DNA of 33,155 nucleotides from Janthinobacterium lividum (GTDB lineage: Bacteria > Pseudomonadota > Gammaproteobacteria > Burkholderiales > Burkholderiaceae_D). Shown one piece after another: positions 1 to 8,833 of the stretch. The translations under genes and the position numbers were made by a program. The notes beneath the pieces were generated by a model that was given only the letters and a program-made list of their open reading frames with translations, did no database searches and had not been told where the DNA came from. Position 1 is the first letter of the stretch; each line of letters starts with the position of its first letter. Location of the stretch: assembly GCA_945864765.1 (NCBI GenBank), contig CAMBDR010000001.1, positions 1-33,155 of the forward strand, written 5' to 3'.

Positions 1-909
1 GCCGAGCTTGTGTTCACCTTGGCTTTCAAACGATGACGCCAGGTTATGCAAACCCAATGCCAGCATAGGGCTATAAGCCGCAAAATTTTGATGCGCCAAA
101 CTTTCGTAAATGGTTACCGCGCGTTTTCCAAGTTCCACGGCAGCAGTATGATTGTTCAATTTTTGAAAAATCAGGGATGAATTATTTAAACTTGCAGCCA
201 GTCCGTGGCCGTAGGCAGCAAAATTTTGCTGCGCTAAATTTTCATAGATTGCCACCACCTTTTGGCTCGCCGCAGATGCGGCATCACGCTCGCCTTGTTC
301 GAACAATTTGATAGATAAGTGGCTCAGGCTTTTTGCCAAATCAGCCCCATACGCGGCAAAATTTTGCTGCGCCAGTCTTTCAAATTTGATTACGTCCTGT
401 TGAATTTGCGCCAAAGTAGCGGTGGACTCGTTTGAATCACTTACCGGATTGGCAGGAATGGTTTCGATATACAGCGTTTGCTGGCGCACCTGTGCCATGC
501 GTGGCGAATCCAGAATAGTGGCAATCCGATCCAGATCGAATACATCGAGTAAGGAAAAATCACATACTTGCTTCAATTCGCCGCGCTCACTGCGGCTGAG
601 TTCTTGATTGGTAATAAACACAATGCCATTGGCCGGGATTGTTGCGACGCTGGCCAATTCATTCATAAATTGCGTTTTGATTTGCGCAAATGATTGTTGC
701 TCCTGCTGAAAATAAATCGTCATTAGCCAGCGTTGCCCATCCTTGACATACAGTATAACGGTTCCGCCATCTGGCCCGGCGACCGGGTGGCCGGGGCCGA
801 GAAGGGTGAAGCCTTGGTCAAGTAACACCTGTGCTGCAAGCTGCTGGGCGGCAGCCAAGCCGTATGGCCAATTCAATAAGCGATACCAGGTTTCGTCAGT
901 GCGGGTCAT
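1..909 (-). CDS. Partial CDS (first 303 aa, continues past the left edge): Mrr/restriction-endonuclease-like N-terminal domain fused to TPR-type helical repeats
   Basis: Absent from the ORF track because it has no stop in the window. Hand translation from ATG (907-909, minus) stays open to nt 1: MTRTDETWYRLLNWPYGLAAAQQLAAQVLLDQGFTLLGPGHPVAGPDGGTVILYVKDGQRWLMTIYF...ANGIVFITNQELSRSERGELK. This is followed by three repeats of LAxQNFAAYxxxLAxSLxN...AVxIYExLA. GCAAAATTTT recurs at nt 80, 218 and 356, a 138-nt (46-aa) period. Confidence 0.7.
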   Translation of the reverse strand, partial: MTRTDETWYRLLNWPYGLAAAQQLAAQVLLDQGFTLLGPGHPVAGPDGGTVILYVKDGQRWLMTIYFQQEQQSFAQIKTQFMNELASVATIPANGIVFITNQELSRSERGELKQVCDFSLLDVFDLDRIATILDSPRMAQVRQQTLYIETIPANPVSDSNESTATLAQIQQDVIKFERLAQQNFAAYGADLAKSLSHLSIKLFEQGERDAASAASQKVVAIYENLAQQNFAAYGHGLAASLNNSSLIFQKLNNHTAAVELGKRAVTIYESLAHQNFAAYSPMLALGLHNLASSFESQGEHKLG

Positions 910-1066
910 GGGTAGTGGGTATGATAGTGATGACCCGGCAATTATGCCTCACTTTGGCGGTGGATAGTCGCGAACCTGAGCGATTCGCGCATCAAAATGG
1001 TTACCCGTGCTAAAAAGTAATGTGGAATAGGGGAGGGACTCATGGAAAGCCTGCATCAGCCCCAAT

Positions 1067-1609
1067 CTAAAACTGAATAAACTTGACTGGCACCTTCCCG
1101 GTCAACCACACCCCGTTTTCAGCCTGATAAAACTCATACCCTTGTTGCTGCATGCTGGCCGCATCCACCCGCAACACCACAGGCAAACCATGGCGTTGCC
1201 CCACCTTGACGGCGGTAGCCTGTTCCTGAGACAGATGAACAAACTGGCGCGAGCCAGGGATTAAGCCCTGCTGCTTGATCGACTGCAAAAACCGTGTCGC
1301 CGTGCCGTGGTACAGCACAGCAGGCGGGGTGATGGCCTGGTAGCCAATATCCACCGTTTTGAGCGAATGCCCTTGCGCGGCGCGGATGCGCAAACCATCT
1401 TCGGAAATAGTGAAACGCTTTTTATCGTTGGTATCAACCACGGTTTGCAACAGTTCGCGATTGAGGCGCTTGCCTTTTTTATTGGCGAGCAGGATCAAGG
1501 TGTCAATTTCGGCCCAGCCTTGTGGGTCGAGGGTGATGCCTATGGTTTCGGGACTGTGACGCAGGATAAGACTGAGGAATTTACTAAATTTAATTATTTG
1601 ATCGTTCAT
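1067..1609 (-). CDS. kptA: RNA 2'-phosphotransferase (Tpt1/KptA family)
   Basis: 180-aa ORF with family-typical length and motifs: [52 protein letters not shown]. Confidence 0.9.
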   Translation of the reverse strand: MNDQIIKFSKFLSLILRHSPETIGITLDPQGWAEIDTLILLANKKGKRLNRELLQTVVDTNDKKRFTISEDGLRIRAAQGHSLKTVDIGYQAITPPAVLYHGTATRFLQSIKQQGLIPGSRQFVHLSQEQATAVKVGQRHGLPVVLRVDAASMQQQGYEFYQAENGVWLTGKVPVKFIQF

Positions 1610-1884
1610 TTTTTGTTATTGTTCGCCCACGATGGGCAGAATTTAAAGTTATTTTTATTGGTATTTGTTATTTTTAGCCAGTGCAAAAAACGGCTGCGGT
1701 ACAACATGGTTGAACCTGATTTAGCCTGATTTAGCGCCTTTTTTGCATTGCTGGCGCAGTCTAGCAGAAAAAAATTCATTTGACCAGTGTTTGCGGCACA
1801 ATAAAAATTGCCTCACATCACGGTAAGCAGCAAAAAGTGGGGTAGGATAGGGCATCCATTACACTTTTTGGAACGGGAATCGTC

Positions 1885-2820
1885 ATGCCAATACAGAGTC
1901 AACTAACACGGTTAGCGCGCGCGGTCTGCGCTGCCATCAGCACTATCAGCACCATCATTGCCATGAGTGTCATCAGTGCCCTCAGTTCATCTGCCCATGC
2001 CGATACGCTGGGCAAAATCCGCGACAGTAAAACCATCACCATTGCCCATCGTGAAGCGTCGCTGCCCTTTTCCTATTTTGACGAAAATAAAAAACCAATC
2101 GGCTATTCGATTGATTTATGCCTGAAAATTGTCGAAGCCATCAAGCATGAGTTGAAATTACCCAAATTGACGGTGCTGTATGTGCCAGTCTCTCCCTCGA
2201 CCCGCATTGCCACCATCATGCAGGGCAAAGCCGATCTGGAATGCGGTTCCACCACCAATAATGCGGAACGGCGCAAGCAAGTCGCGTTCACCATCCCGCA
2301 CTTTATGGCGGCCTCGCGCATGGTGGTGCGGACTGATTCCAACATCAAAAACTGGAACGATTTGCGCGGCAAGCGCGTGGTTACCACCAAGGGCACCACC
2401 TCCGTCAAATTGATCAGTGATCACAATAAAGGCCTGGCACTGGCCATCTCACTGGTGGAGGCCAATGACCATGCTGAATCGTTTGGCAAAGTCGAGAAAA
2501 ACGAAGCCGATGCCTTTCCAATGGACGATGTGTTGCTGTATGGTTTGCGCGCCAAGGCCAAAACGCCCGCCAATTTTGAGGTGGTGGGTTCGCCGATCTC
2601 AACTGAGCCGTATGCGATTATGATGGCCAAAGATGACCCCGCCTTCAAGGCGCTGGTGGACCTGGAAATGGCGCGCTTGATCAATGACGGGGAGTTGAGT
2701 AAAATTTATGACAAGTGGTTTAAGAAACCGATTCCACCGAATGGTATCAATATGAATATGCCAATGGGGCATTTATTGCGGGATACCTTGCTTTTCCCAA
2801 CCGACAAAGTTGGAGATTAG
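1885..2820 (+). CDS. gltI: Amino-acid (glutamate/aspartate-type) ABC transporter periplasmic substrate-binding protein
   Basis: 311 aa with a signal peptide ending SSAHA. It is a clear paralogue of the 5634-6611 ORF (shared GYSIDLCLK, ADLECGSTTNN.ERRKQVAF, EPYAIMM, YDKWF.KPIPP.GINMN). Family 3 SBP pattern. Confidence 0.85.
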   Translation: MPIQSQLTRLARAVCAAISTISTIIAMSVISALSSSAHADTLGKIRDSKTITIAHREASLPFSYFDENKKPIGYSIDLCLKIVEAIKHELKLPKLTVLYVPVSPSTRIATIMQGKADLECGSTTNNAERRKQVAFTIPHFMAASRMVVRTDSNIKNWNDLRGKRVVTTKGTTSVKLISDHNKGLALAISLVEANDHAESFGKVEKNEADAFPMDDVLLYGLRAKAKTPANFEVVGSPISTEPYAIMMAKDDPAFKALVDLEMARLINDGELSKIYDKWFKKPIPPNGINMNMPMGHLLRDTLLFPTDKVGD

Positions 2821-2842
2821 TTGGGGATTAGTTGGGGGTTAA
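2810..2842. repeat. Three tandem 11-mers, each ending in a stop codon, at the gltI 3' end
   Basis: ttggagattag / ttggggattag / ttgggggttaa. The first unit contains the real gltI stop (2818-2820). Confidence 0.9.
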
Positions 2843-2852
2843 ATTGTGCGTG

Positions 2853-3272
2853 TTATTTCAGCGCCACGACCATTTTGTAGCTGGCGTTGCCGTGGCTGCT
2901 GCCGATGACAATCAGATATTTTCCTGGCATGGGTAGCGCACCGACCCAATTGGTGGCATCGTCACCTGCGCTCGCCTGAGGCAAGCTTTTACCTTTGATC
3001 TCTTCCGAACCTGCCACACGCTTTGAGGTGTAGCCCGGTAAATAGATTTGAAATACCGCATTTTTTTCGCTGGAGGTTACTGCTACCGACAAGCCTTGCC
3101 CCGCCGTCGCATTGAACACATAGCTATGAATATAGCCATCAACCACCGTGCCTTGTACGGTGGTGTTATTGCCAGGCTTGGCAAAGGTGAGTACTTTTTC
3201 CAGCGCGTGTACCGTACCAAATGGGCAAGCCAAGGCCAGCAATAAGCATGTTTTTATGAGTAAGCGTGTCAT
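2853..3272 (-). CDS. Small secreted beta-rich protein, possibly a PliG-like (g-type lysozyme inhibitor) fold
   Basis: 139 aa with a signal peptide (MTRLLIKTCLLLALACPFGTVHA). The pattern G.V.DGY.HSYVFNATAGQGLSV...LPMPGKYLIVIG...ASYKMVVALK resembles my recollection of the YcgK/PliG family. Not verified by search. Confidence 0.45.
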   Translation of the reverse strand: MTRLLIKTCLLLALACPFGTVHALEKVLTFAKPGNNTTVQGTVVDGYIHSYVFNATAGQGLSVAVTSSEKNAVFQIYLPGYTSKRVAGSEEIKGKSLPQASAGDDATNWVGALPMPGKYLIVIGSSHGNASYKMVVALK

Positions 3273-3326
3273 TTTCAGCGGCCCTTTTATGAGATGTCGT
3301 GGCTATTTAGTATGGATATGTGCGTT

Positions 3327-3370
3327 GCTTAATGGAGGCTTAACGGAGGCTTAATGGCGGCTTAATGGAC
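3327..3370. repeat. Four tandem 11-mers duplicating the gltL stop region
   Basis: gcttaatggag / gcttaacggag / gcttaatggcg / gcttaatggac. The last unit holds the gltL stop (TTA at 3362-3364 on the plus strand) and its final codons. Confidence 0.9.
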
Positions 3371-4087
3371 GATCTTGGCTAAAAAGTCGCGTGCCCGATC
3401 TGAGCGCGGGGCACCGAAAAATTCATCTTTGGTGCAATCTTCAATCACCTTACCCTGATCCATAAACACAATCCGGTTCGCCACGCGCTTGGCAAAACCC
3501 ATTTCGTGGGTCACCACCATCATGGTCATGCCTTCTTGCGCCAGACCGACCATCACGTCCAGCACTTCATTAATCATTTCCGGGTCGAGCGCAGAAGTGG
3601 GTTCGTCAAACAACATGGCGATTGGGTCCATCGAGAGTGCGCGCGCAATCGCCACCCTTTGCTGCTGGCCACCCGAGAGTTGGCCGGGGAATTTATCTTT
3701 TTGCGCAATCAGGCCAACCCGATCCAAATATTTTAAACCGCGCACCCTCGCTTCTTCCTGGCTGCGCTTCAAGACCATCACCTGGCCGATGGTCAGGTTT
3801 TCGGTAATCGACAAATGCGGGAATAATTCAAAGTTTTGAAACACCATGCCAATTTTGGCGCGCAGGCTGGACAGATTGGTTTTGGGGTCGCCTACCGAAA
3901 TGCCATCGACGCTAATGTCGCCTTTTTGAAATGGCTCCAGGCCATTCACGGTTTTGATCAGGGTCGATTTGCCGGAGCCGGACGGGCCGCAAATAACCAT
4001 CACATCGCCTTTTTTGACATCGGTGGAGCAATCGGTCAGCACCTGAAACTGACCATACCACTTACTGACGTTTTTTAATGAAATCAT
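3362..4087 (-). CDS. gltL: Amino-acid ABC transporter ATP-binding protein
   Basis: Walker A GPSGSGKST, signature LSGGQQQRVAIARAL, Walker B MLFDEPTSALD. Start placed at MISLKNVSKWYG (ATG 4085-4087), not at the 75-aa Cys/Trp-rich extension in the track ORF, which overlaps gltK. Confidence 0.92.
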   Translation of the reverse strand: MISLKNVSKWYGQFQVLTDCSTDVKKGDVMVICGPSGSGKSTLIKTVNGLEPFQKGDISVDGISVGDPKTNLSSLRAKIGMVFQNFELFPHLSITENLTIGQVMVLKRSQEEARVRGLKYLDRVGLIAQKDKFPGQLSGGQQQRVAIARALSMDPIAMLFDEPTSALDPEMINEVLDVMVGLAQEGMTMMVVTHEMGFAKRVANRIVFMDQGKVIEDCTKDEFFGAPRSDRARDFLAKIVH

Positions 4088-4115
4088 GAAATTCTCCAAA
4101 TAGTGTGTGCGGTGT

Positions 4116-4808
4116 TTAGCGAATGATGGCGATTTTTTGTTGCAGGCGCTTGACGATGGTGGACAGTCCAAGGCACAGCACAAAATAGACAACTGCGACA
4201 AACAGATACATTTCCACCAGCCGCCCGTCGCGCTGCGCCACTTTTGAGGCGGCCCCAACGAAATCGGTAATCGACAACACATACACCAGCGATACGTCTT
4301 GAAACAGCACAATGGTTTGCGTCATCAGCACGGGCAGCATGTTGCGAAACGCCTGCGGCAAAATGATCTTGGCCATGGTTTGTCCGTAAGTCATGCCCAG
4401 CGCATGGCCAGCCCAGACCTGGCCGCGCGGTATCGATTGAATCCCGGCGCGCATGATTTCGCAGTAATAGGCGGCTTCAAATAAGATGAACGTGATCAGG
4501 CACGAGGCGAAAGCGCCGACCTTGATCGGTTCTTTGGCCCCAATCACCCATGCGCCGATATACGGCACCAAAAAATAAAACCAGAAAATAACCAACACCA
4601 GCGGCATTGAACGGATTAAATTCACATACGTGGTGGCAGGTAAAGAGAGCCAACGGGTACTCGATAGCCGCATCATCGCCAACAGCGTGCCCAGGAAAAT
4701 CCCGCCCACCATGGCTAACAGTGTGAGTTGGAGGGTAAATACCATCCCGGTTTGAAACAAATACACCCATGAACGCTCGATGACGTTGAAGTCGAAATTG
4801 GAAAACAT
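4116..4808 (-). CDS. gltK: Amino-acid ABC transporter permease
   Basis: 230-aa polytopic membrane protein of the HisM/GltK type with an EAA-like loop (EAAYYCEIMRAGIQSIPRGQVWAGHALGM). Sits between gltJ and gltL. Confidence 0.88.
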   Translation of the reverse strand: MFSNFDFNVIERSWVYLFQTGMVFTLQLTLLAMVGGIFLGTLLAMMRLSSTRWLSLPATTYVNLIRSMPLVLVIFWFYFLVPYIGAWVIGAKEPIKVGAFASCLITFILFEAAYYCEIMRAGIQSIPRGQVWAGHALGMTYGQTMAKIILPQAFRNMLPVLMTQTIVLFQDVSLVYVLSITDFVGAASKVAQRDGRLVEMYLFVAVVYFVLCLGLSTIVKRLQQKIAIIR

Positions 4809-4809
4809 A

Positions 4810-5550
4810 TCAGTGTCCTCCCGATTGGCCGATCAAGCCCGGTACGGACACGGCCCGTTCCAGCCGACGCATACAAAATACCACGAAAATATTGACCACA
4901 ATATAAATCAGAGTGGCCGCAGTAAAGGCTTCAAAAACCTGAAACGAAAATTCCTGCATCGAGCGGGCGCGTGCGGTCAGTTCCATCAAGCCGATGGTGA
5001 GCGCCACCGAACTGTTTTTGATGATATTCAAAAATTCGCTGGTGAGAGGTGGCATCACGATGCGAAACGCCATCGGCAGCAAGATGTAGCGGTAGGTTTG
5101 TGGTAGCGTCAAACCCAGCGCCGTGCCCGCCATTTTTTGCCCACGCGGCAGCGCCTGTATGCCGGAGGTAATTTGTACTGCCACCCGGGATGAAGTGAAA
5201 AACCCGAGGCAAATCACGGCGGTCACAAACGGGGCGTTGGGCAGGCTTTTTAACGCATCGCCCAAGGCCTTGGGTAATAATTCCGGTATCACGAAGTACC
5301 ATAAAAACATTTGCACCAGCAGGGGAATATTGCGAAACAATTCCACCCAGGCGTTGGAAAGGCGCACCACCCAGGGGTTGGGCAGGGTGCGCAGGGTGCC
5401 GATAATCGAACCCAGCAACAAGGCGATGACCCAGGCTAAAAGCGCCGTGGCCAGAGTCCAGGCCAGGCCCGACCACAGCGTGTCAAGATAGGTGCCCACG
5501 CCATCGGGCGACGTTTCCCAGAAAATGCGCCAATTCCAATTGTAATTCAT
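4810..5550 (-). CDS. gltJ: Amino-acid ABC transporter permease
   Basis: 246-aa polytopic membrane protein with an EAA-like loop (SSRVAVQITSGIQALPRGQKMAGTALGL). Its stop abuts the gltK start. Confidence 0.88.
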   Translation of the reverse strand: MNYNWNWRIFWETSPDGVGTYLDTLWSGLAWTLATALLAWVIALLLGSIIGTLRTLPNPWVVRLSNAWVELFRNIPLLVQMFLWYFVIPELLPKALGDALKSLPNAPFVTAVICLGFFTSSRVAVQITSGIQALPRGQKMAGTALGLTLPQTYRYILLPMAFRIVMPPLTSEFLNIIKNSSVALTIGLMELTARARSMQEFSFQVFEAFTAATLIYIVVNIFVVFCMRRLERAVSVPGLIGQSGGH

Positions 5551-5570
5551 GCTCTCCTCCGCTTACCGCA

Positions 5571-5618
5571 CTTATTTGCTGGCTTATTTGCTGGCTTATT
5601 TGCCAGCTTATTTGTTGA
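5571..5618. repeat. Four tandem 12-mers in the gltI-gltJ intergenic spacer
   Basis: cttatttgctgg x2, cttatttgccag, cttatttgttga, between the gltI stop (5634) and the gltJ start (5550). Confidence 0.9.
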
Positions 5619-5633
5619 CTGCCTTGCCCGGCA

Positions 5634-6611
5634 TTATTTTTTCTTGCCCAGCGATTTTTGTGCTTCCGGCACGGTTGCATAAGCGGCCGGATCACCCGAA
5701 TCGGTAGGGTGAGTGGACACGTATTTGAGTTGCGGCGTCAGCGGGAACAGCATATTGATGCCCTTGGGTGGGATCGGTGACATAAACCATTTGTTATAGA
5801 TTCTGAGTACGTCATCCGATTGATACAAACGGGTCAGGGTGGCATCGACCACTTTTTTAAACTCCGGATCATTGCGCCGCATCATGATGCCATACGGTTC
5901 CACCGACAGTGGTTCTTTGCTGATTTCATAATCGGAAGGTGCCTTGGAATTGGCGGCCAGACCCGCCAGCAAAATATCATCCATGGCAAAGGCGACCGCG
6001 CGCCCGGTTTCCACCATCAAAAACGATTCAGCATGGTCTTTGGCGGAAATTATCGTCATGCCCAGGTTTTGCTCGTTATTCATGATGGTGAGTTGCTTGA
6101 GCATGGTGGTGCCGGCGGTCGATACCACGGTCTTACCTTTTAAATCGGTCAGATTTTTGATGCCGGAGGCTTTTTTCGAAATAAAGCGGGCACCGGTCAC
6201 AAACATGGTGGGGGCAAACGCGACCTGTTTTTGTCGTTCGATATTATTGGTGGTAGAGCCGCATTCCAGATCGATGGTGCCATTGGCCATCAGTGGAATA
6301 CGCGTGGCCGAAGTCACGGGATTGAGTACGGTTTTGAGCGAAGTCAAACCCAAATGTTTTTGTACACCCAACACCGCTTTCAAACACAAATCAATCGAAT
6401 AGCCTTGGTAGGATTGCTTGTCGTCGAGGTAGGAAAAGGGAACCGATGAATCGCGCACGCCCAGGGTAATCACGCCGGACTCTTTAATCTTTTTCAAAGT
6501 GCCAGTGAGTTCTTCTGCTTGGCTTGCCGCACTGAAGACCATGCTGCTGCAAGCCACGGCGAGTAGGGTGGCCAATAGCTTGGGGGAACGACGATTTTGG
6601 GCTAACTTCAT
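5634..6611 (-). CDS. gltI: Glutamate/aspartate-type ABC transporter substrate-binding protein
   Basis: 325 aa with a signal peptide (…SAASQA). Family 3 SBP motifs are shared with the 1885-2820 paralogue. First gene of the minus-strand gltIJKL operon. Confidence 0.88.
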   Translation of the reverse strand: MKLAQNRRSPKLLATLLAVACSSMVFSAASQAEELTGTLKKIKESGVITLGVRDSSVPFSYLDDKQSYQGYSIDLCLKAVLGVQKHLGLTSLKTVLNPVTSATRIPLMANGTIDLECGSTTNNIERQKQVAFAPTMFVTGARFISKKASGIKNLTDLKGKTVVSTAGTTMLKQLTIMNNEQNLGMTIISAKDHAESFLMVETGRAVAFAMDDILLAGLAANSKAPSDYEISKEPLSVEPYGIMMRRNDPEFKKVVDATLTRLYQSDDVLRIYNKWFMSPIPPKGINMLFPLTPQLKYVSTHPTDSGDPAAYATVPEAQKSLGKKK

Positions 6612-6859
6612 GTGCTTCTCCTGGTGATGAATGATGATGGATGATTGTGAATGATCAAAAAGTGGCGAACTTAAAACAGCTAGTGTAGCAAAAGCCTTTG
6701 CCAGATACGAAAATTGATCTCAACAAGCGGCTGCAAGTGTCTGAATAATAGACGTTTATGCGCAATATTCCAACAAATTTAAATTCAGACGAAACAAAGG
6801 CAGGCAGTTGTCGAAGAAATATTGGATAATAACAGAATTGTTTTCGCAAAAGGTTTGTT

Positions 6860-8830
6860 ATGGGTTCGAGCGCAAATTCTCTCGTCGCTGCTGATGCCGC
6901 CGCGTTGTCTGCCACGCCTGCGGTGGTACGCCTGGGTATTCCTGGTCTTGCCAGCTTAACTGACAGCATGATGGCTGGCAGCCTGTATGCGCTGGTGGCG
7001 GAAGCGCCCCCCACCCGCTACCCCCTGATCGCCAGCAGTCTGGCCCATGCCTTGAAACACGATATTGCCTGCACCATCGTGGTGCCCGCCAATCCTGAGC
7101 AATTCATCGCGCGTATCGCCGGGTTTGCCCGGTTTGATTTGGAAACGGCGGTGGCGGAAGGGCGGATTCAATTCTTTGTGATGCAGGAAAATTTCAGCAA
7201 GACCATGTTTCGTTTTGGGCCGGAAACCTTTTGCCGCGAACTGGATCACTTTCAAATCCCTGACAACAGTTATTTTATTTTTGAACAAGCCGACGATTTG
7301 CTCAGCTTGCACGACGTATCGCTGGCTTTATCGCAGATCAGTGGTTTAAAGCAATGGTTTAGCCAGCATAATGTGACGGGTATGCTATCGTTTTCACGCA
7401 TTGGCAGTTCTGCCCAGTCTTTGGCCGCTTTGCAATGTCTGATGGATCAATTGGGCGGCATTACCCGTGTCGGTGGGCACCGCGACGGTTTGGAAATTAC
7501 CTTTGATTATTGGCATTCGCAAGAAGGCACGGTGGCGGCCAAGAGCTACCCGCTGCAAACGCTCGATTCGGGCATGTTGGTGGTGATGGCCAATGCGGCG
7601 CAAAACCATGGCACGGGCCGGGTTGAAGTGCCCGATGCCGAAGATGAAGGCGAGCCGCATTTCTTTTTTATGGATGCCGAACTCATCAGCATGGGCAAAC
7701 AAATGCCGGGCGTGTGGCAGCATGTTGATTCTTTGGTGGGGATGATGCATGTGACGCGCGAGCATCATTCGGCGACCGTCATCCTCACGTTCCGGCGCGA
7801 TACCGATTTACGCCAATTGGCGCAGGCGGTGCATACACTGCGCCATGGTTTGGGGCGGCGCGCGCGCATTGTGGTGCAAGAAAAAGGGGCGTCGCTGCGT
7901 TATCAAAACGAAGCCTTGTTATTGCGCCTGGGCTTGAATCTGGTGATTCACGTTGATGTCCACGCCAGCCGCTTACCTTTATTGCTGGCTTCGCTCAAGG
8001 GGCAAATTTTTGATCGGGATATCGATATCAATTTCGATATGGCCTTGGCCAGCGTCACGCCGTCCGGCTTGCGCGGCTATGTGTTGCCGCAACGCTTTGT
8101 GGCGGAGGCGCAAACTTTGCTGGAACGGGCGGAAACGTTGGATATCCCTTGCGCGCTGGTGCTGGGTATGCCGGGGCGGGATGTCACGGCGCAAGCCATT
8201 TTGGGTAAAATTTTGATGTCGCGCTCGGGCGATATGGTGAGCTTTGATCAGCAAAGCTGCTATATGTTTTTAAATGGCTGCCCGGAAACCAGTTTGCTGA
8301 TGACATTGGAGCGGGTATTGGGGCAAGACGTGGGCGCGGCGTTTGTGGAATCGCGCTTTGTTTTAAAGCGCCATGAAATTTTGGCCGAGCTGGCAGCGCT
8401 CACGCGCGCGGCGGAGCGCTACACCTTGCCAGATTATTCCGATGTGCCGATGCGGCCCGCACCGGTGCGGCCAGCGCCAGCGCAGGCAGTTGCGCCTGTA
8501 TCCATATCCGCACCTGGACCCGTTCATGCCCCCGCCCCCGCGCCAGCATTTGCGCGCGAGCTTGCGCCTGAGCCTGTACGTGTGCCTGCCTTCGTGCATA
8601 AGCCTGCGCCCGAGCCAGCACCTGCGCCTGTACCTGCGTTTGTGCAGCACAAACCTGCGCCCGTGATTGAGCTTGAGGAATCAAGCCCCGAACCTGCGGC
8701 AGCAGCCGTTGCTGCCAAGCCACCTGCTGGCGAAAGCGGCCAGTTCCATTATGGCGGCGAGTTAGGCAAAGTGGTTGCATTTGGCAAAAAAGAAGCCCCG
8801 CGTGCAACGCGGGCAGTGAAGAAAGCATAA
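6860..8830 (+). CDS. BcsE-like c-di-GMP receptor candidate (degenerate RecA-like, REC-like and degenerate GGDEF/GIL domains) with a Pro/Ala-rich C-terminal tail
   Basis: 656 aa. The N-terminus is KaiC/RecA-like but lacks a Walker A (LGIPGLASLTDSMMAGSLYALVAE). A REC-like segment follows (ATVILTFRRD...RARIVVQEKGASLRYQNEALLLRLGLNLVI). An I-site-like RSGD (nt 8222-8233) is followed by FDQQSCYMFL where GGDEF would sit. The three-part layout matches published BcsE architecture. Residues about 530-625 are PAPxPAP low complexity. Confidence 0.6.
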   Translation: MGSSANSLVAADAAALSATPAVVRLGIPGLASLTDSMMAGSLYALVAEAPPTRYPLIASSLAHALKHDIACTIVVPANPEQFIARIAGFARFDLETAVAEGRIQFFVMQENFSKTMFRFGPETFCRELDHFQIPDNSYFIFEQADDLLSLHDVSLALSQISGLKQWFSQHNVTGMLSFSRIGSSAQSLAALQCLMDQLGGITRVGGHRDGLEITFDYWHSQEGTVAAKSYPLQTLDSGMLVVMANAAQNHGTGRVEVPDAEDEGEPHFFFMDAELISMGKQMPGVWQHVDSLVGMMHVTREHHSATVILTFRRDTDLRQLAQAVHTLRHGLGRRARIVVQEKGASLRYQNEALLLRLGLNLVIHVDVHASRLPLLLASLKGQIFDRDIDINFDMALASVTPSGLRGYVLPQRFVAEAQTLLERAETLDIPCALVLGMPGRDVTAQAILGKILMSRSGDMVSFDQQSCYMFLNGCPETSLLMTLERVLGQDVGAAFVESRFVLKRHEILAELAALTRAAERYTLPDYSDVPMRPAPVRPAPAQAVAPVSISAPGPVHAPAPAPAFARELAPEPVRVPAFVHKPAPEPAPAPVPAFVQHKPAPVIELEESSPEPAAAAVAAKPPAGESGQFHYGGELGKVVAFGKKEAPRATRAVKKA

Positions 8831-8833
8831 AGG

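Noticed and set aside
4088-4312. 75-aa N-terminal extension of the gltL ORF in the track (MCCFKTYRWCMCC...)
   Set aside because: It is Cys/Trp-rich, has no ABC homology, and overlaps the gltK 3' end. The conserved ATPase begins at MISLKNVSKWYG (ATG 4085-4087).
6655-7014. 119-aa minus-strand ORF spanning the gltI/EPS divergent intergenic region
   Set aside because: It overlaps the 5' end of the BcsE-like gene and the AT-rich promoter region. It has no SD, motif or plausible signal.
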